From: Planctomycetota bacterium
GTDB taxonomy: Bacteria > Planctomycetota > UBA8108 > SXIK01
Length of the DNA stretch: 64,000 nt
NCBI GenBank assembly: GCA_965223845.1
Contig: CBDCXR010000004.1
Location: 4,832,001-4,896,000, forward strand
Direction: 5' to 3'
The notes under the pieces are model-generated. The model ran no database searches. It was not told the DNA's origin and saw only the letters and a program-made list of their open reading frames with translations. Shown one piece after another: positions 19,669-29,072 of the stretch. Made by a program: the position numbers and the translations under genes. Position 1 is the first letter of the stretch; each line of letters starts with the position of its first letter.

Positions 19669-21186
19669 TCACTCAGGGGGAGCCATCTCCCGCTTCGACG
19701 GCCTCGGCCGGACGCGATTCGGCAGCGGCGCGCCCGTCTCGCGGTCGAACTCGTCCGGCGTACGGAATTTCGGCGTTCGGTCGCTCGTTTCGTCGCGCCA
19801 TTCCGCGAGGGCGGTGCGCAGCTCGTCGAGCTTTGCGCGATAGCGCGGATCACCCGCGAGGTTGTTCAGCTCGTAGGGGTCCTCGACGCAGTCGTAGAGC
19901 TCCTCTTCGGGCCTCGGAGCGACGAAGCAAGCGCGCTGCGGTTCCGTGAGCGCCCCTTCGGCGCGAAGAGCCCGAAGTGCCGTGTACGTCGGACTCCGCA
20001 CGGCGTCCGCGCCCGGAGTCCCCGGCAAATCGGGATAGAAATTGCGAATGTACTTGAAGCGTTCGTCTCGTACCGCGCGACCGAAATCCTCGTAGTCGTG
20101 CCAGTGATCCTCGGCGAACGCGTAGCGACGAACTGAACGCCCCGATTCGCGCAGGAGCGGGAGAAAGCTCTTACCGCGAAAACGATGCTCCGGGGGCGCA
20201 CTCGCGAGCTCGAGCAGCGTCGGTGCGATGTCGATCGCGCTCACGAGCCGACGACAGATCGAACCCGCCGCGACGTGCCTCGGCCAGCGAATGATCCACG
20301 GTGTTTTGATCCCGCCGTCGTAGAGCGTCGTCTTGTCGCGGGGAAACGGTCGCCCGTTGTCGCTGAGGAAGAGGACGAGCGTGCTCTCGGCGACACCTTG
20401 CTCTTCGAGCTCGTCGAGCACGCGCCCGATGTTCGTGTCGAGACGTGTGATCTCGTCGTAGTACTGGCCGAGATCTTCACGCACGGCAGCGACGTCGGGA
20501 AAGTAAGGCGGCACGACGACTTCGGATTTACGGTGCGGATCCGGGATCGTGCCGGACGAATAGTCGCGGTGAGGATCCAACGCCGCGAGCCAGAGAAAAA
20601 AAGGACGGCCTCGCGGTCGGTCGCGCAGCGTCCTGATCCAGTCTCCCGCTCCACTCGGATCGCCGCTCGCGCTCATCTCGGCACGGGCAGCGTCCGCCCC
20701 CGTCGGCAAGCTGAAGCCACGTGGATCGGCCTCGCGGACGAGATCGAAGCGATCCTTCACCGCGTCTCCGAGATGCCACTTGCCGGCGGCAGCCGTCCAA
20801 TAGCCGACGGCTCGCAATCGTTCGACGAAGGTCACGCGATCGGCAGGAAGCGGCCAGTGGAGCTGCTCGGCATCGGTTTCGTGCGGGTAGAGTCCAGTGA
20901 CGATGCTCGCGCGACTCGGACTGCACGAGCTCGCGGTGAGGATCGCGTTCGTAAATCGCATCCCCGCGCGCGCGAGGCGGTCGAGCTGTGGCGTCTGAAT
21001 GTGCGGATGGCCGTAGACGCTCGTGTCATCCCAACTGAGATCATCGGCGATGATCACCACGATGTTGGGCGGCGAAGCGTCGAGGGGCGAAGCGTCCGGC
21101 CGAGGCGCGGCGCACGCCCCGAGAGTCAGCGGAGCAGCGATCCAAACGAGGACGCGCACTCGATTCGCATCGTTTCGGAAACGCAT
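19669..21186 (-). CDS. Sulfatase (N-sulfoglucosamine sulfohydrolase-like), possible lipoprotein
   Basis: NIVVIIADD, CSPSRASIVTG (CxPxR), GKWH, FLSDNG; LTLGAC lipobox-like. Confidence 0.9.
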   Translation of the reverse strand: MRFRNDANRVRVLVWIAAPLTLGACAAPRPDASPLDASPPNIVVIIADDLSWDDTSVYGHPHIQTPQLDRLARAGMRFTNAILTASSCSPSRASIVTGLYPHETDAEQLHWPLPADRVTFVERLRAVGYWTAAAGKWHLGDAVKDRFDLVREADPRGFSLPTGADAARAEMSASGDPSGAGDWIRTLRDRPRGRPFFLWLAALDPHRDYSSGTIPDPHRKSEVVVPPYFPDVAAVREDLGQYYDEITRLDTNIGRVLDELEEQGVAESTLVLFLSDNGRPFPRDKTTLYDGGIKTPWIIRWPRHVAAGSICRRLVSAIDIAPTLLELASAPPEHRFRGKSFLPLLRESGRSVRRYAFAEDHWHDYEDFGRAVRDERFKYIRNFYPDLPGTPGADAVRSPTYTALRALRAEGALTEPQRACFVAPRPEEELYDCVEDPYELNNLAGDPRYRAKLDELRTALAEWRDETSDRTPKFRTPDEFDRETGAPLPNRVRPRPSKREMAPPE

Positions 21187-21403
21187 GGCGACTCTCCTCT
21201 GGCCCTCACCTGAGCGGCTCCTCGCCCTGAAGTGCCGCTCGCCGGCCATCCTTCATACCAGGTCCACAGCCGAGCGTGGAGTCGCGATCGGAGCGTTCCG
21301 CCGGAGCGCCGCCTTCGCGGAACAAGAGAATTGAGTCCCTCCGGAGTCCCGATCTATCCTGAAGCTTAGTTGGAAGGCTCGATTCTCCGGCGGTTTCCAT
21401 CTT

Positions 21404-24400
21404 GTGACGTCCCTTCGCGCGCGAGTCGTGGTTTCGATCATCGTCGCTGGCAGCACCCTCGCGGTCGCGATCGCCGCCGACGATACGGACTCCCGGCCAG
21501 TAGATGCAGACGACATCGCGTTCTTCGAGAATCGCGTGCGCCCGATCCTCGTCGACGCATGCTTCGAGTGCCACGGCCCAACGAAGCAGGAGTCGGGACT
21601 GCGCTTCGATCGCCGAGAAGCGTTCTTCCGCGGTGGTCAGAGCGGCCCACCGGTTTCCGCCGGAGACCCCGACGCGAGCCTTCTCATCCGCGCGGTCCGC
21701 CGCCAGGGCGATCTCCGGATGCCGCCCCCCGAACGCTTGAGCGGCGAGGCGGTGCGCGCTCTCGAGGAGTGGGTTCGCCGCGGTGCACCGTGGCCCGCTC
21801 CCACGGAGGCACCGCGCGAGGAGCGCGCGGCGTCGGAGCTTTGGTCCCTCCGCCCGATCGTCGAGACGGACGTTCCCGAAGTCGGCGACCCGCGTTGGTC
21901 CGCAACGGAGATCGACCGCTTCGTGTACGCGCGTCTCCAGTCGGCGGGAATCGCCCCCGTCGGGCTGGCCGACAGAAGAACGCTGCTTCGACGCGTAACG
22001 TACGATCTCACGGGTCTCCCGCCCACACCATCCGACCTCGAAGCGTTCATCGCCGACGAGTCTCCGTTCGCGTTCGAACGCGTCGTCGATCGACTTCTCG
22101 CGACGAACGCCTACGCCGAGAAGTGGGGCCGGCACTGGCTCGACGTCGTCCGCTACGCCGACACCGCAGGCGAGACGGCCGACTATCCCGTGCGCGAAGC
22201 CTACAAGTACCGCAACTACGTCATCGAGAGCTTCGCGAGCGACAAGCCGTACGATCGGTTCGTTCGCGAGCAAATCGCGGGGGATCTTCTCGCGAAAAGC
22301 TCACCGCGCGCACGCTACGAGGAGCTCGTCACCGCGACGGGATTCGTCGCGATCTCGCGCCGCTTCGGTTTCGACATCCAGAACTACCACCACCTCACGA
22401 TCCAAGACACGATCGACACCCTCGGCCAGGCGGTTCTCGGGCTCACTCTCGGTTGCGCGCGATGTCACGACCACAAGTACGACCCCGTTTCTGCGGAGGA
22501 CTACTACGCGCTCTACGGAATCTTCTCGAGCACGAAGTACTCGTTTCCCGGATCCGAGGAGAAGCAGCGGCCCGCGGGCTTCGTCCCGGACGTCCCTCCG
22601 GCCGAGATCACGACGCGCGAAAGGGTGCACGCAGAGCGCATAGCTCAGCTCGAGGCCGAGCTCGCGCGTCTCGAAGGGGCGGGAATCGAATCCGCGGATG
22701 CCCTCGTGAAGAGCGGCGTTCCGGATCGGCTCGCCGAGGCTGGTCAGCTCGAGCGCGTCGCGCGATCGCCGGCGCTCGCGGCCATCTGGCCGAGACTTCT
22801 CCGCGACCGTGTCGATCGGGAACAGCAGCTCGACGGCGTCGCGGTGTGGCGCCGGGGCGCGCTTCCGTCCGTCGTCGTCAACTCGAGTGACGCGACCGTC
22901 AAGATCCCCGGGACGGTTCCGGCGAGTCGCGTCGCCGTACACCCCGCGGACGACGCCGGTGCCGGGATCGCTTGGTGGAGTCCGCTCTCGGGCCGGGTAC
23001 AGATCGACGGATCGGTGGCGGACGCCCACAACTGCGGCGACGGTGTCGAATGGCGGCTCGATCTCGTTCGCGAAGACGAGACGACCGAACTCGCAGCGGG
23101 CGCGGTGAATCCGAGCGAACGACAACCCTTCGCAGCGGGGGCGAGCGGCGTCCTCACGATCGACGTCCGCGAGGGCGATCTCCTCCAGCTCGCGATCCAG
23201 AAGAAGGGGGGAATCGGGTGCGACCTCACGTTGGTCGAACTCGCGGTGCGCGAGGCGGGCGGACGCGCCCGAGTCTGGGACCTCGCCGGCGATTTTCTCG
23301 ACGAACCGCTCCGAGCGAATCCGCGCGACGACCGCTACGGCAATGTTGCGGTTTGGAACCTTTTCGCCGCGGATCCGAGCGCCGGAGAAGATCGCCCGGT
23401 CGCCTCGGGCGACGACGTGCTCTTCCTCCTCGCCATCGCCGCAGAAGATACCGGTCTCGTGAAGAGCCGCATGGCGGAGCTCGGGAAGGTGCGCGCAAAG
23501 CTCGACGCACTCAAGAAGGCGGGGCCGTACGAGCTCGTCTACGGTGTCGTCGATGGTGAACCGCACGACGCTCAGTTTCAAAAGCGCGGCGAGAAGGACC
23601 GGCTCGGCCCTCGCGTCCCGCGCCGTTTCTTGGGCGCGCTCGGTGGCACCCCGCTATCGCCTGAAGCTCGAAAGACGAGCGGCCGCGCCGAGCTCGCCGA
23701 GTGGCTCGTCGGCCGCGAGAACCCTCTCACCGCACGCGTGATCGTGAACCGAGTGTGGCAACACCACTTCGGCGACGGGCTGGTGCGAACCGAGAACGAC
23801 TTCGGATTCCGCGGCGCGCGTCCGACCCACCCCGAGCTCCTCGACCACCTCGCGCTCCGGTTCGTCGAGGATGGCTGGTCGATCAAAGCACTCCACCGGA
23901 GAGTCTTGCGCTCGCAGGTGTACCGGCTCGCGAGTACGTACGACGCCGAGAGGGCACGCATGGACCCAGCGAACGAGCTTCTCTGGCGCATGCCGCGCCG
24001 TCGCCTGTCGGCGGAAGAGATCCGCGATACGATGCTCCAGCTCGCAGGAAACCTCGATCGCTCGGTCGGAGGCGCGCACCCGTTTCCCGACGTGAGCACG
24101 TGGGGATTCACGCAGCACAATCCGTTTCGAGCCGCCTACGCAACGACGCGACGGAGCGTCTACCTCATGACGCAGCGCATTCGTCGCCATCCCTTCCTCG
24201 CGCTCTTCGATGGACCCGATCCGAACGCGAGCACGCCGGATCGCGATGCCACGACCGTGCCGACTCAGTCGCTCTTTTTCATGAACAGCCCGTTCGTTCA
24301 CGAGCAGTCGCGCGCGTTCGCGCGGCGACTCATCAACACCGCAACCGCAACCGAAGCTCGGATCAGCTACGCGTTTCTACTGGCGCTCGGACGGGAGCCC

Positions 24401-24547
24401 GAGGACGATGAACGCGCGGAAACGGAGGCGTTTTTGCGCGACTACACCGCCGCCGTAAGCGCCACCGCCGCCGAGCGGGAAGAGCTCGTGTGGGCCGCCG
24501 TCGCGCGCACGCTTCTCGCTCGAAACGACTTTCTCTTCGTCGACTAA
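21404..24547 (+). CDS. Planctomycete cytochrome c / DUF1549 / DUF1553 (PSD1) protein
   Basis: CFECH, WGRHWLDVVRYAD, CARCHDHK, NRVWQHHFG, PTHPELLD. Confidence 0.92.
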   Translation: MTSLRARVVVSIIVAGSTLAVAIAADDTDSRPVDADDIAFFENRVRPILVDACFECHGPTKQESGLRFDRREAFFRGGQSGPPVSAGDPDASLLIRAVRRQGDLRMPPPERLSGEAVRALEEWVRRGAPWPAPTEAPREERAASELWSLRPIVETDVPEVGDPRWSATEIDRFVYARLQSAGIAPVGLADRRTLLRRVTYDLTGLPPTPSDLEAFIADESPFAFERVVDRLLATNAYAEKWGRHWLDVVRYADTAGETADYPVREAYKYRNYVIESFASDKPYDRFVREQIAGDLLAKSSPRARYEELVTATGFVAISRRFGFDIQNYHHLTIQDTIDTLGQAVLGLTLGCARCHDHKYDPVSAEDYYALYGIFSSTKYSFPGSEEKQRPAGFVPDVPPAEITTRERVHAERIAQLEAELARLEGAGIESADALVKSGVPDRLAEAGQLERVARSPALAAIWPRLLRDRVDREQQLDGVAVWRRGALPSVVVNSSDATVKIPGTVPASRVAVHPADDAGAGIAWWSPLSGRVQIDGSVADAHNCGDGVEWRLDLVREDETTELAAGAVNPSERQPFAAGASGVLTIDVREGDLLQLAIQKKGGIGCDLTLVELAVREAGGRARVWDLAGDFLDEPLRANPRDDRYGNVAVWNLFAADPSAGEDRPVASGDDVLFLLAIAAEDTGLVKSRMAELGKVRAKLDALKKAGPYELVYGVVDGEPHDAQFQKRGEKDRLGPRVPRRFLGALGGTPLSPEARKTSGRAELAEWLVGRENPLTARVIVNRVWQHHFGDGLVRTENDFGFRGARPTHPELLDHLALRFVEDGWSIKALHRRVLRSQVYRLASTYDAERARMDPANELLWRMPRRRLSAEEIRDTMLQLAGNLDRSVGGAHPFPDVSTWGFTQHNPFRAAYATTRRSVYLMTQRIRRHPFLALFDGPDPNASTPDRDATTVPTQSLFFMNSPFVHEQSRAFARRLINTATATEARISYAFLLALGREPEDDERAETEAFLRDYTAAVSATAAEREELVWAAVARTLLARNDFLFVD

Positions 24548-24557
24548 ACGATTCCTC

Positions 24558-25979
24558 ATGGCCGAACTCTCATCGACTTCGAGTCACTTCCCGACTCGCC
24601 GCGAAGTCCTCAACACGGCCGCGGGCGGGCTCGGCGGCATCGCTCTCGCGGGCCTCCTCGAGGACGCCGCGCTCGGCCAGCGACCGGCGCTCGATCCACT
24701 TGCGCCGAAGCTTCCGCTCGTGCGCCCGAAAGCGAAGCGGGTGATCTTCCTCTACATGACGGGCGGAGTCTCACAGGTCGAGTCCTTCGATCCGAAGCCG
24801 AAACTCTTCCGGGACGACCGGAAATCGATCCGAATCGACAACTGGCAGGGAAAGAAGGGCGACTACAACTTCTTTCTGCGGCGTCCCAACTGGGGCTTCG
24901 CTCGCGGAGGCGAGAGCGGGATCGAAGTCAACGACCTCTTTCCGCACGTGCGCCAAGTTGTCGACGACATCTGCGTGATCCGCTCGATGGAGTCGAACCA
25001 CACGAACCACTACGAGGGGACACTCGGGATGCACACGGGCTCGTGGACGTTCGCACGCCCGAGCATCGGCGCATGGGTGAGCTACGGCCTCGGCACCGAA
25101 AACGAAAATCTCCCGTCGTTCATGGTCATCGCACCGAAGTCGCCGTACGCGGGCGCGCAGACTTGGGGTTCCGACTTTCTTCCCGGCTGCCACCAGGGAA
25201 CGCGCATCGTCCCCGGCCCTGCGCCGATCGCCGACGTGCGCCCGCGAGTCTCGAGCTCCGAGCTGCAGGAGCTCGAGCTCCGGCTCATCGCGCGATCGAA
25301 TCGCCGGCATCTCGCCCGGCGCGGCGTCGACGACGCGCTCGAGGCGCGCATCCGCTCGTTCGAAACGGCGTTCGGGATGCAGCGCGAAGCGCCGGAGGTG
25401 TTCGATCTCGGCGGGGAAACCGACGCGACCCACGCGCTCTACGGACTCGAGCGCGGGAGCACAGCTGGGTTTGCGTGGCAGTGTCTCGTCGCCCGCCGCC
25501 TCGCTGAGCGCGGCGTCCGGTTCATCGAGCTCATCGATACTGGCTCGGCCGGGAACTGGGACTCGCACGGAAACATGCGGGATCACGTCGCCCTCGCGAA
25601 AAACGTCGATCGTCCGATCGCGGGCCTCCTCACCGACCTCAAGCAGCGCGGGCTGCTCGACGAGACGCTCGTCGTGTGGACGACGGAGTTCGGCCGCACG
25701 CCGTACCACGCGGATCAGAATCACCCAGGGCGGGAGCATCACCACCAGGCGTTTTCATCGTGGATGGCGGGGGGTGGAGTCCGCGGCGGCATGGTCTTCG
25801 GCGAGACGGACGACTACGGAATCGAGGTCGTCCGCGATCGCTGCCACGTGCACGACTTTCACGCGACCATCCTCCACCTCCTCGGACTCGATCACGAGCG
25901 GCTCACGTTTCGACACGCGGGGCGTGACTATCGACTCACCGACGTGCACGGGCGCGTGATTCACGAGATTCTGGGGTGA
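24558..25979 (+). CDS. DUF1501 protein
   Basis: Tat-like TRREVL; MTGGVSQVESFDPKP, ARRLAERGVRF, EFGRTP. Confidence 0.92.
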   Translation: MAELSSTSSHFPTRREVLNTAAGGLGGIALAGLLEDAALGQRPALDPLAPKLPLVRPKAKRVIFLYMTGGVSQVESFDPKPKLFRDDRKSIRIDNWQGKKGDYNFFLRRPNWGFARGGESGIEVNDLFPHVRQVVDDICVIRSMESNHTNHYEGTLGMHTGSWTFARPSIGAWVSYGLGTENENLPSFMVIAPKSPYAGAQTWGSDFLPGCHQGTRIVPGPAPIADVRPRVSSSELQELELRLIARSNRRHLARRGVDDALEARIRSFETAFGMQREAPEVFDLGGETDATHALYGLERGSTAGFAWQCLVARRLAERGVRFIELIDTGSAGNWDSHGNMRDHVALAKNVDRPIAGLLTDLKQRGLLDETLVVWTTEFGRTPYHADQNHPGREHHHQAFSSWMAGGGVRGGMVFGETDDYGIEVVRDRCHVHDFHATILHLLGLDHERLTFRHAGRDYRLTDVHGRVIHEILG

Positions 25980-26063
25980 CGCGGATTCGCGGCACGGTCA
26001 CGGTCCACCTCAAACGCGTTGGATCCGTGAATCGAAGCGTCGGATCGGGTTTCGCGAACCTCT

Positions 26064-27209
26064 CTACCGCGGAATCTCCGCGTGGAGCAGCTCGCACGGG
26101 ATGCCGCCGTTCGCTAGCTGCGTCCGCCGATCGATGTCGATTCCGAGTGCTCGCGTGAGCCGAGGGTTTCCCGACAAAAGCGCGAGGTGGTACCCACCGC
26201 AGCGCGATCGAACGCGTGCGCCGAATTCGCGATAGAGCGCCTCGAGCTCCGGGGCGTTTCCCACACGCTCTCCGTAGGGTGGGTTGGTGACGATCCACGC
26301 ATTCCAACCGCGGCGGAAGTCGAACTCGCGCGCGTCGCCCACGGTAATCTCGACGCCGCTCTCGATACCCGCGGAGGCGGCGTTCGCTCGCGCCGCGCGG
26401 GCGGCTTTCGGATCGAGATCGAGTCCGCGAAGGATGATCTTCCGGGGGGAAGCGCTCTGTCGCACCCTCTCCTTGAGCGCCGCGTAGCGGGCCGCATCGT
26501 GGCCGGGCAGACGCTCGAAGCCGAAGCCATCGCGAAACAGCCCGGGTGCAATGCCGTTCGCGATGAGGGCCGCCTCGACGAGAATCGTTCCCGAGCCGCA
26601 GAACGGATCGACGAGCGGTGAACGTCGATCCCAGCCGCCGAGAAGCACGATGGCCGCGGCCAGAGTTTCTGCGAGGTGAGCCTCTCCCGGTTCGCGGCGC
26701 CAGCCGCGCTTGTGGAGCGAAGCCCCTGAGGTGTCGATCGAAAGTGTGGCCCGGTCGCGAAAGAGGTGGAGGTGGAGCGACAGATCGGGATCGTCCTTAT
26801 CGACACTCGGCCGCACGCCGTCGCGATCGAGAAACTGATCGCACACCGCGTCCTTCGTCATCTGCGCGACGAAGAGCGAGTGGTCGAGAGTCGATTCCTT
26901 CGTCTGTGCGCTGACGACGAGAGTGCCGTCCGGCTTCAGGTACTCGCTCCAGTCGGTGGCGCTCACGCCTTCGTAAAGCTGCGCTTCGGTGCGCGCCTCG
27001 AAGACGTCGACGCGCCGGAGAACTCGGATGGCCGTCCGCAGCTCGAGGTTGGCACGCCATTCATCGACCGTCGATCCGTCGAATCGGACGCCCCCGACCT
27101 GGCGCTCGACGCGCGCGAATCGGAGCTCGCGAACCTCGCGGTGAAGGAGCGGCTCGATTCCGGGAGCGCAGGTGGCGAAGTAGGTCGATCGTCGGGTTGG
27201 TGGGGTCAC
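26064..27209 (-). CDS. rlmL: THUMP-domain RNA methyltransferase, RlmL-like (23S rRNA m2G)
   Basis: FATCAPGIE, SLHKRGWR, ETLAAAIV, DPFCGSGT, TNPPYG; single module without RlmK. Confidence 0.8.
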   Translation of the reverse strand: MTPPTRRSTYFATCAPGIEPLLHREVRELRFARVERQVGGVRFDGSTVDEWRANLELRTAIRVLRRVDVFEARTEAQLYEGVSATDWSEYLKPDGTLVVSAQTKESTLDHSLFVAQMTKDAVCDQFLDRDGVRPSVDKDDPDLSLHLHLFRDRATLSIDTSGASLHKRGWRREPGEAHLAETLAAAIVLLGGWDRRSPLVDPFCGSGTILVEAALIANGIAPGLFRDGFGFERLPGHDAARYAALKERVRQSASPRKIILRGLDLDPKAARAARANAASAGIESGVEITVGDAREFDFRRGWNAWIVTNPPYGERVGNAPELEALYREFGARVRSRCGGYHLALLSGNPRLTRALGIDIDRRTQLANGGIPCELLHAEIPR

Positions 27210-27249
27210 CGGGAAACTCAGGCGATTTGATTGGCGCTGAGGAGGTTTT

Positions 27250-27427
27250 ACACGAAGAGCGCAATGGGGACGCGAAGGAAGACGAAGGAAACGAGTTCGA
27301 AAAACAGCTTGGGGAGATTCGAGTGGACGAACGACACGGATTCAAACGAACTCGGTGCGGTCACTGTCTGAGCTCTACTACGATCTCTCATTCGTCTTCC
27401 TTCGCGTCCCCTTCGCGCTCTTCGTGT
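27250..27427. repeat. 178-bp fold-back (MITE/REPIN-like) element with 37-bp terminal inverted repeats
   Basis: Arms 27250-27286 and 27391-27427 match at 35/37 positions; inner inverted pair CGAGTTCG/CGAACTCG. Confidence 0.8.
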
Positions 27428-28685
27428 GTACTCTTCCCCTAGGGTTCAAGCACGATCGAGACAACCACCCCCACCAAGCCCCGCAGACCGCGACGACCCC
27501 GCACACGACGAGGACCGCGGGAGTTAGATCTCGGAGCACATCGAACACGTATCCGCCGGCGAGCCCGCCGAGCGAGAACGAGATCGTCATGCCGAGGGAT
27601 TCGAGGGCGTACACGCGCCCGCGAAATTCGTCGCCCACGTGCTTTTGCCAGAGCACCGTCGATCCAACCCAGAGCGTGCTACCGCCGAGGTGAGCGAACA
27701 CGACACAAGCGAAACCGAGTCCGAGCGTGGGCGCGACCGCGAAGAGGGAGTAACCCAGTGCGCCGATCACGAAGCCACCGAGCACCTGCCGCCGAAGACT
27801 TCGGTCCGTGCTGCCGAACAGCCGGCGCGAGGCGAGCGGACCCACTCCGGTACCGAGTCCGCGCGCGGCGTAGAGCACTCCCGTCGCGAACGCGACGCCC
27901 TCCGCGACCGGCGTGCCGCTGTAGCGCACTTCCGCGGCGATCGGAAGAAAGACCAGAAACCCTCCCGCGCCGCCCCAGAACGCCTTCGCGAACACGATGG
28001 GCGCCACACCGACGTCGCGGGCGTGACGGAGCGCTCGACGGAGATCGCGGAAGTACACGATGTCGCGCCATTCGAGCGGCGCCGGCGAACGTGCGGGCGG
28101 CGCCAACCGAACGCCGACGAGGAAGAGCGCGCTCAAGATGTAAGTGGCCGAATCGACCGCAAACGTCGACCGCGTGCCGATCGATTCGACGACGATTGCC
28201 CCCGTAGCCGCTCCGATCGTCAGCATCGCGCTCCAGGTCGCCGCCGAGAGCGCGTACGCGGCGTGGAGATCTTCCTTCGCGACCGTCGACGGAATCGCCG
28301 CCGAGCGCGCAGCGTCGAAAAAGATCCCGAGCCCCATCTGCGCGAGGAGAAGCAGATAGACGAATACCAGCTCACTCGATGAATCGACGAGCATGAATCC
28401 GAGGACGACGACCGCGCGGAGGAGATCGGACGCGATGAGAATCCGCCGGCGAGGAAGCCGATCCGCAAGCGGGCCGGCGATCGGACCAAAGAACGCCGAC
28501 GGCAAAAACCGAACCGCGAGCTCGAGCCCGAGGAGGAGACCCAGGCCGAGTCCCTTCGCGACATCGCCGACGTCGGTGATGAGCCCCAGCAGCGCGACTC
28601 GGTTCAGCCAATCGCCAAGCTGACTCACGACCTGGGAGAGCCAGATGCGACGAAACTTCGGATTGCGGCGGACGACGGCGAGCAT
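27378..28685 (-). CDS. MFS transporter (EntS/MefA-like H+ antiporter group)
   Basis: FRRIWLSQVVSQLGDW, GPLADRLPRRRILIASD (motif A), FRGRVYA; many TM helices. Confidence 0.9.
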   Translation of the reverse strand: MLAVVRRNPKFRRIWLSQVVSQLGDWLNRVALLGLITDVGDVAKGLGLGLLLGLELAVRFLPSAFFGPIAGPLADRLPRRRILIASDLLRAVVVLGFMLVDSSSELVFVYLLLLAQMGLGIFFDAARSAAIPSTVAKEDLHAAYALSAATWSAMLTIGAATGAIVVESIGTRSTFAVDSATYILSALFLVGVRLAPPARSPAPLEWRDIVYFRDLRRALRHARDVGVAPIVFAKAFWGGAGGFLVFLPIAAEVRYSGTPVAEGVAFATGVLYAARGLGTGVGPLASRRLFGSTDRSLRRQVLGGFVIGALGYSLFAVAPTLGLGFACVVFAHLGGSTLWVGSTVLWQKHVGDEFRGRVYALESLGMTISFSLGGLAGGYVFDVLRDLTPAVLVVCGVVAVCGAWWGWLSRSCLNPRGRVHTKSAKGTRRKTNERS

Positions 28686-28700
28686 GAGGGAGCGGGGGCG

Positions 28701-29072
28701 TCAGTCGAGCCAGAGCTCCGCCCGCTTCGCAACGAGCGTCCCCGCCGCGTCGAACACGACGCCGCGAACGTGATAGCTCGTGCTCGAGGGACTCTTCGTG
28801 TACGACCACTCTCTCCGACGGAGAGACTCCTCGTAGTCCAGTGGGCGGCCGAGGATCCGAACCACCTCCTCCCGCGTCATCCCGAGCTCGAGCGAGCAAA
28901 ACCCGCTCTCGGTGTATCCCTCCGCGTACGCCGTATCGTGACCGGCGAGACATCCGAAGACCGAATCTCGCGTCGATCCGGCCCACGGCGGGGAGACGAC
29001 GGCGATGACGAGCGAAAGCGAAAGTCCCCCGATCGCCGCCTTACCGACCCACCGCGGCCCGTCGGCCCTCAC
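28701..29072 (-). CDS. Small membrane-anchored protein with SmpA/OmlA(BamE)-like domain
   Basis: GTGA overlap with the upstream gene; hydrophobic N-terminus; LELGMTREEVVRILGRP..WSY. Confidence 0.65.
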   Translation of the reverse strand: MRADGPRWVGKAAIGGLSLSLVIAVVSPPWAGSTRDSVFGCLAGHDTAYAEGYTESGFCSLELGMTREEVVRILGRPLDYEESLRRREWSYTKSPSSTSYHVRGVVFDAAGTLVAKRAELWLD

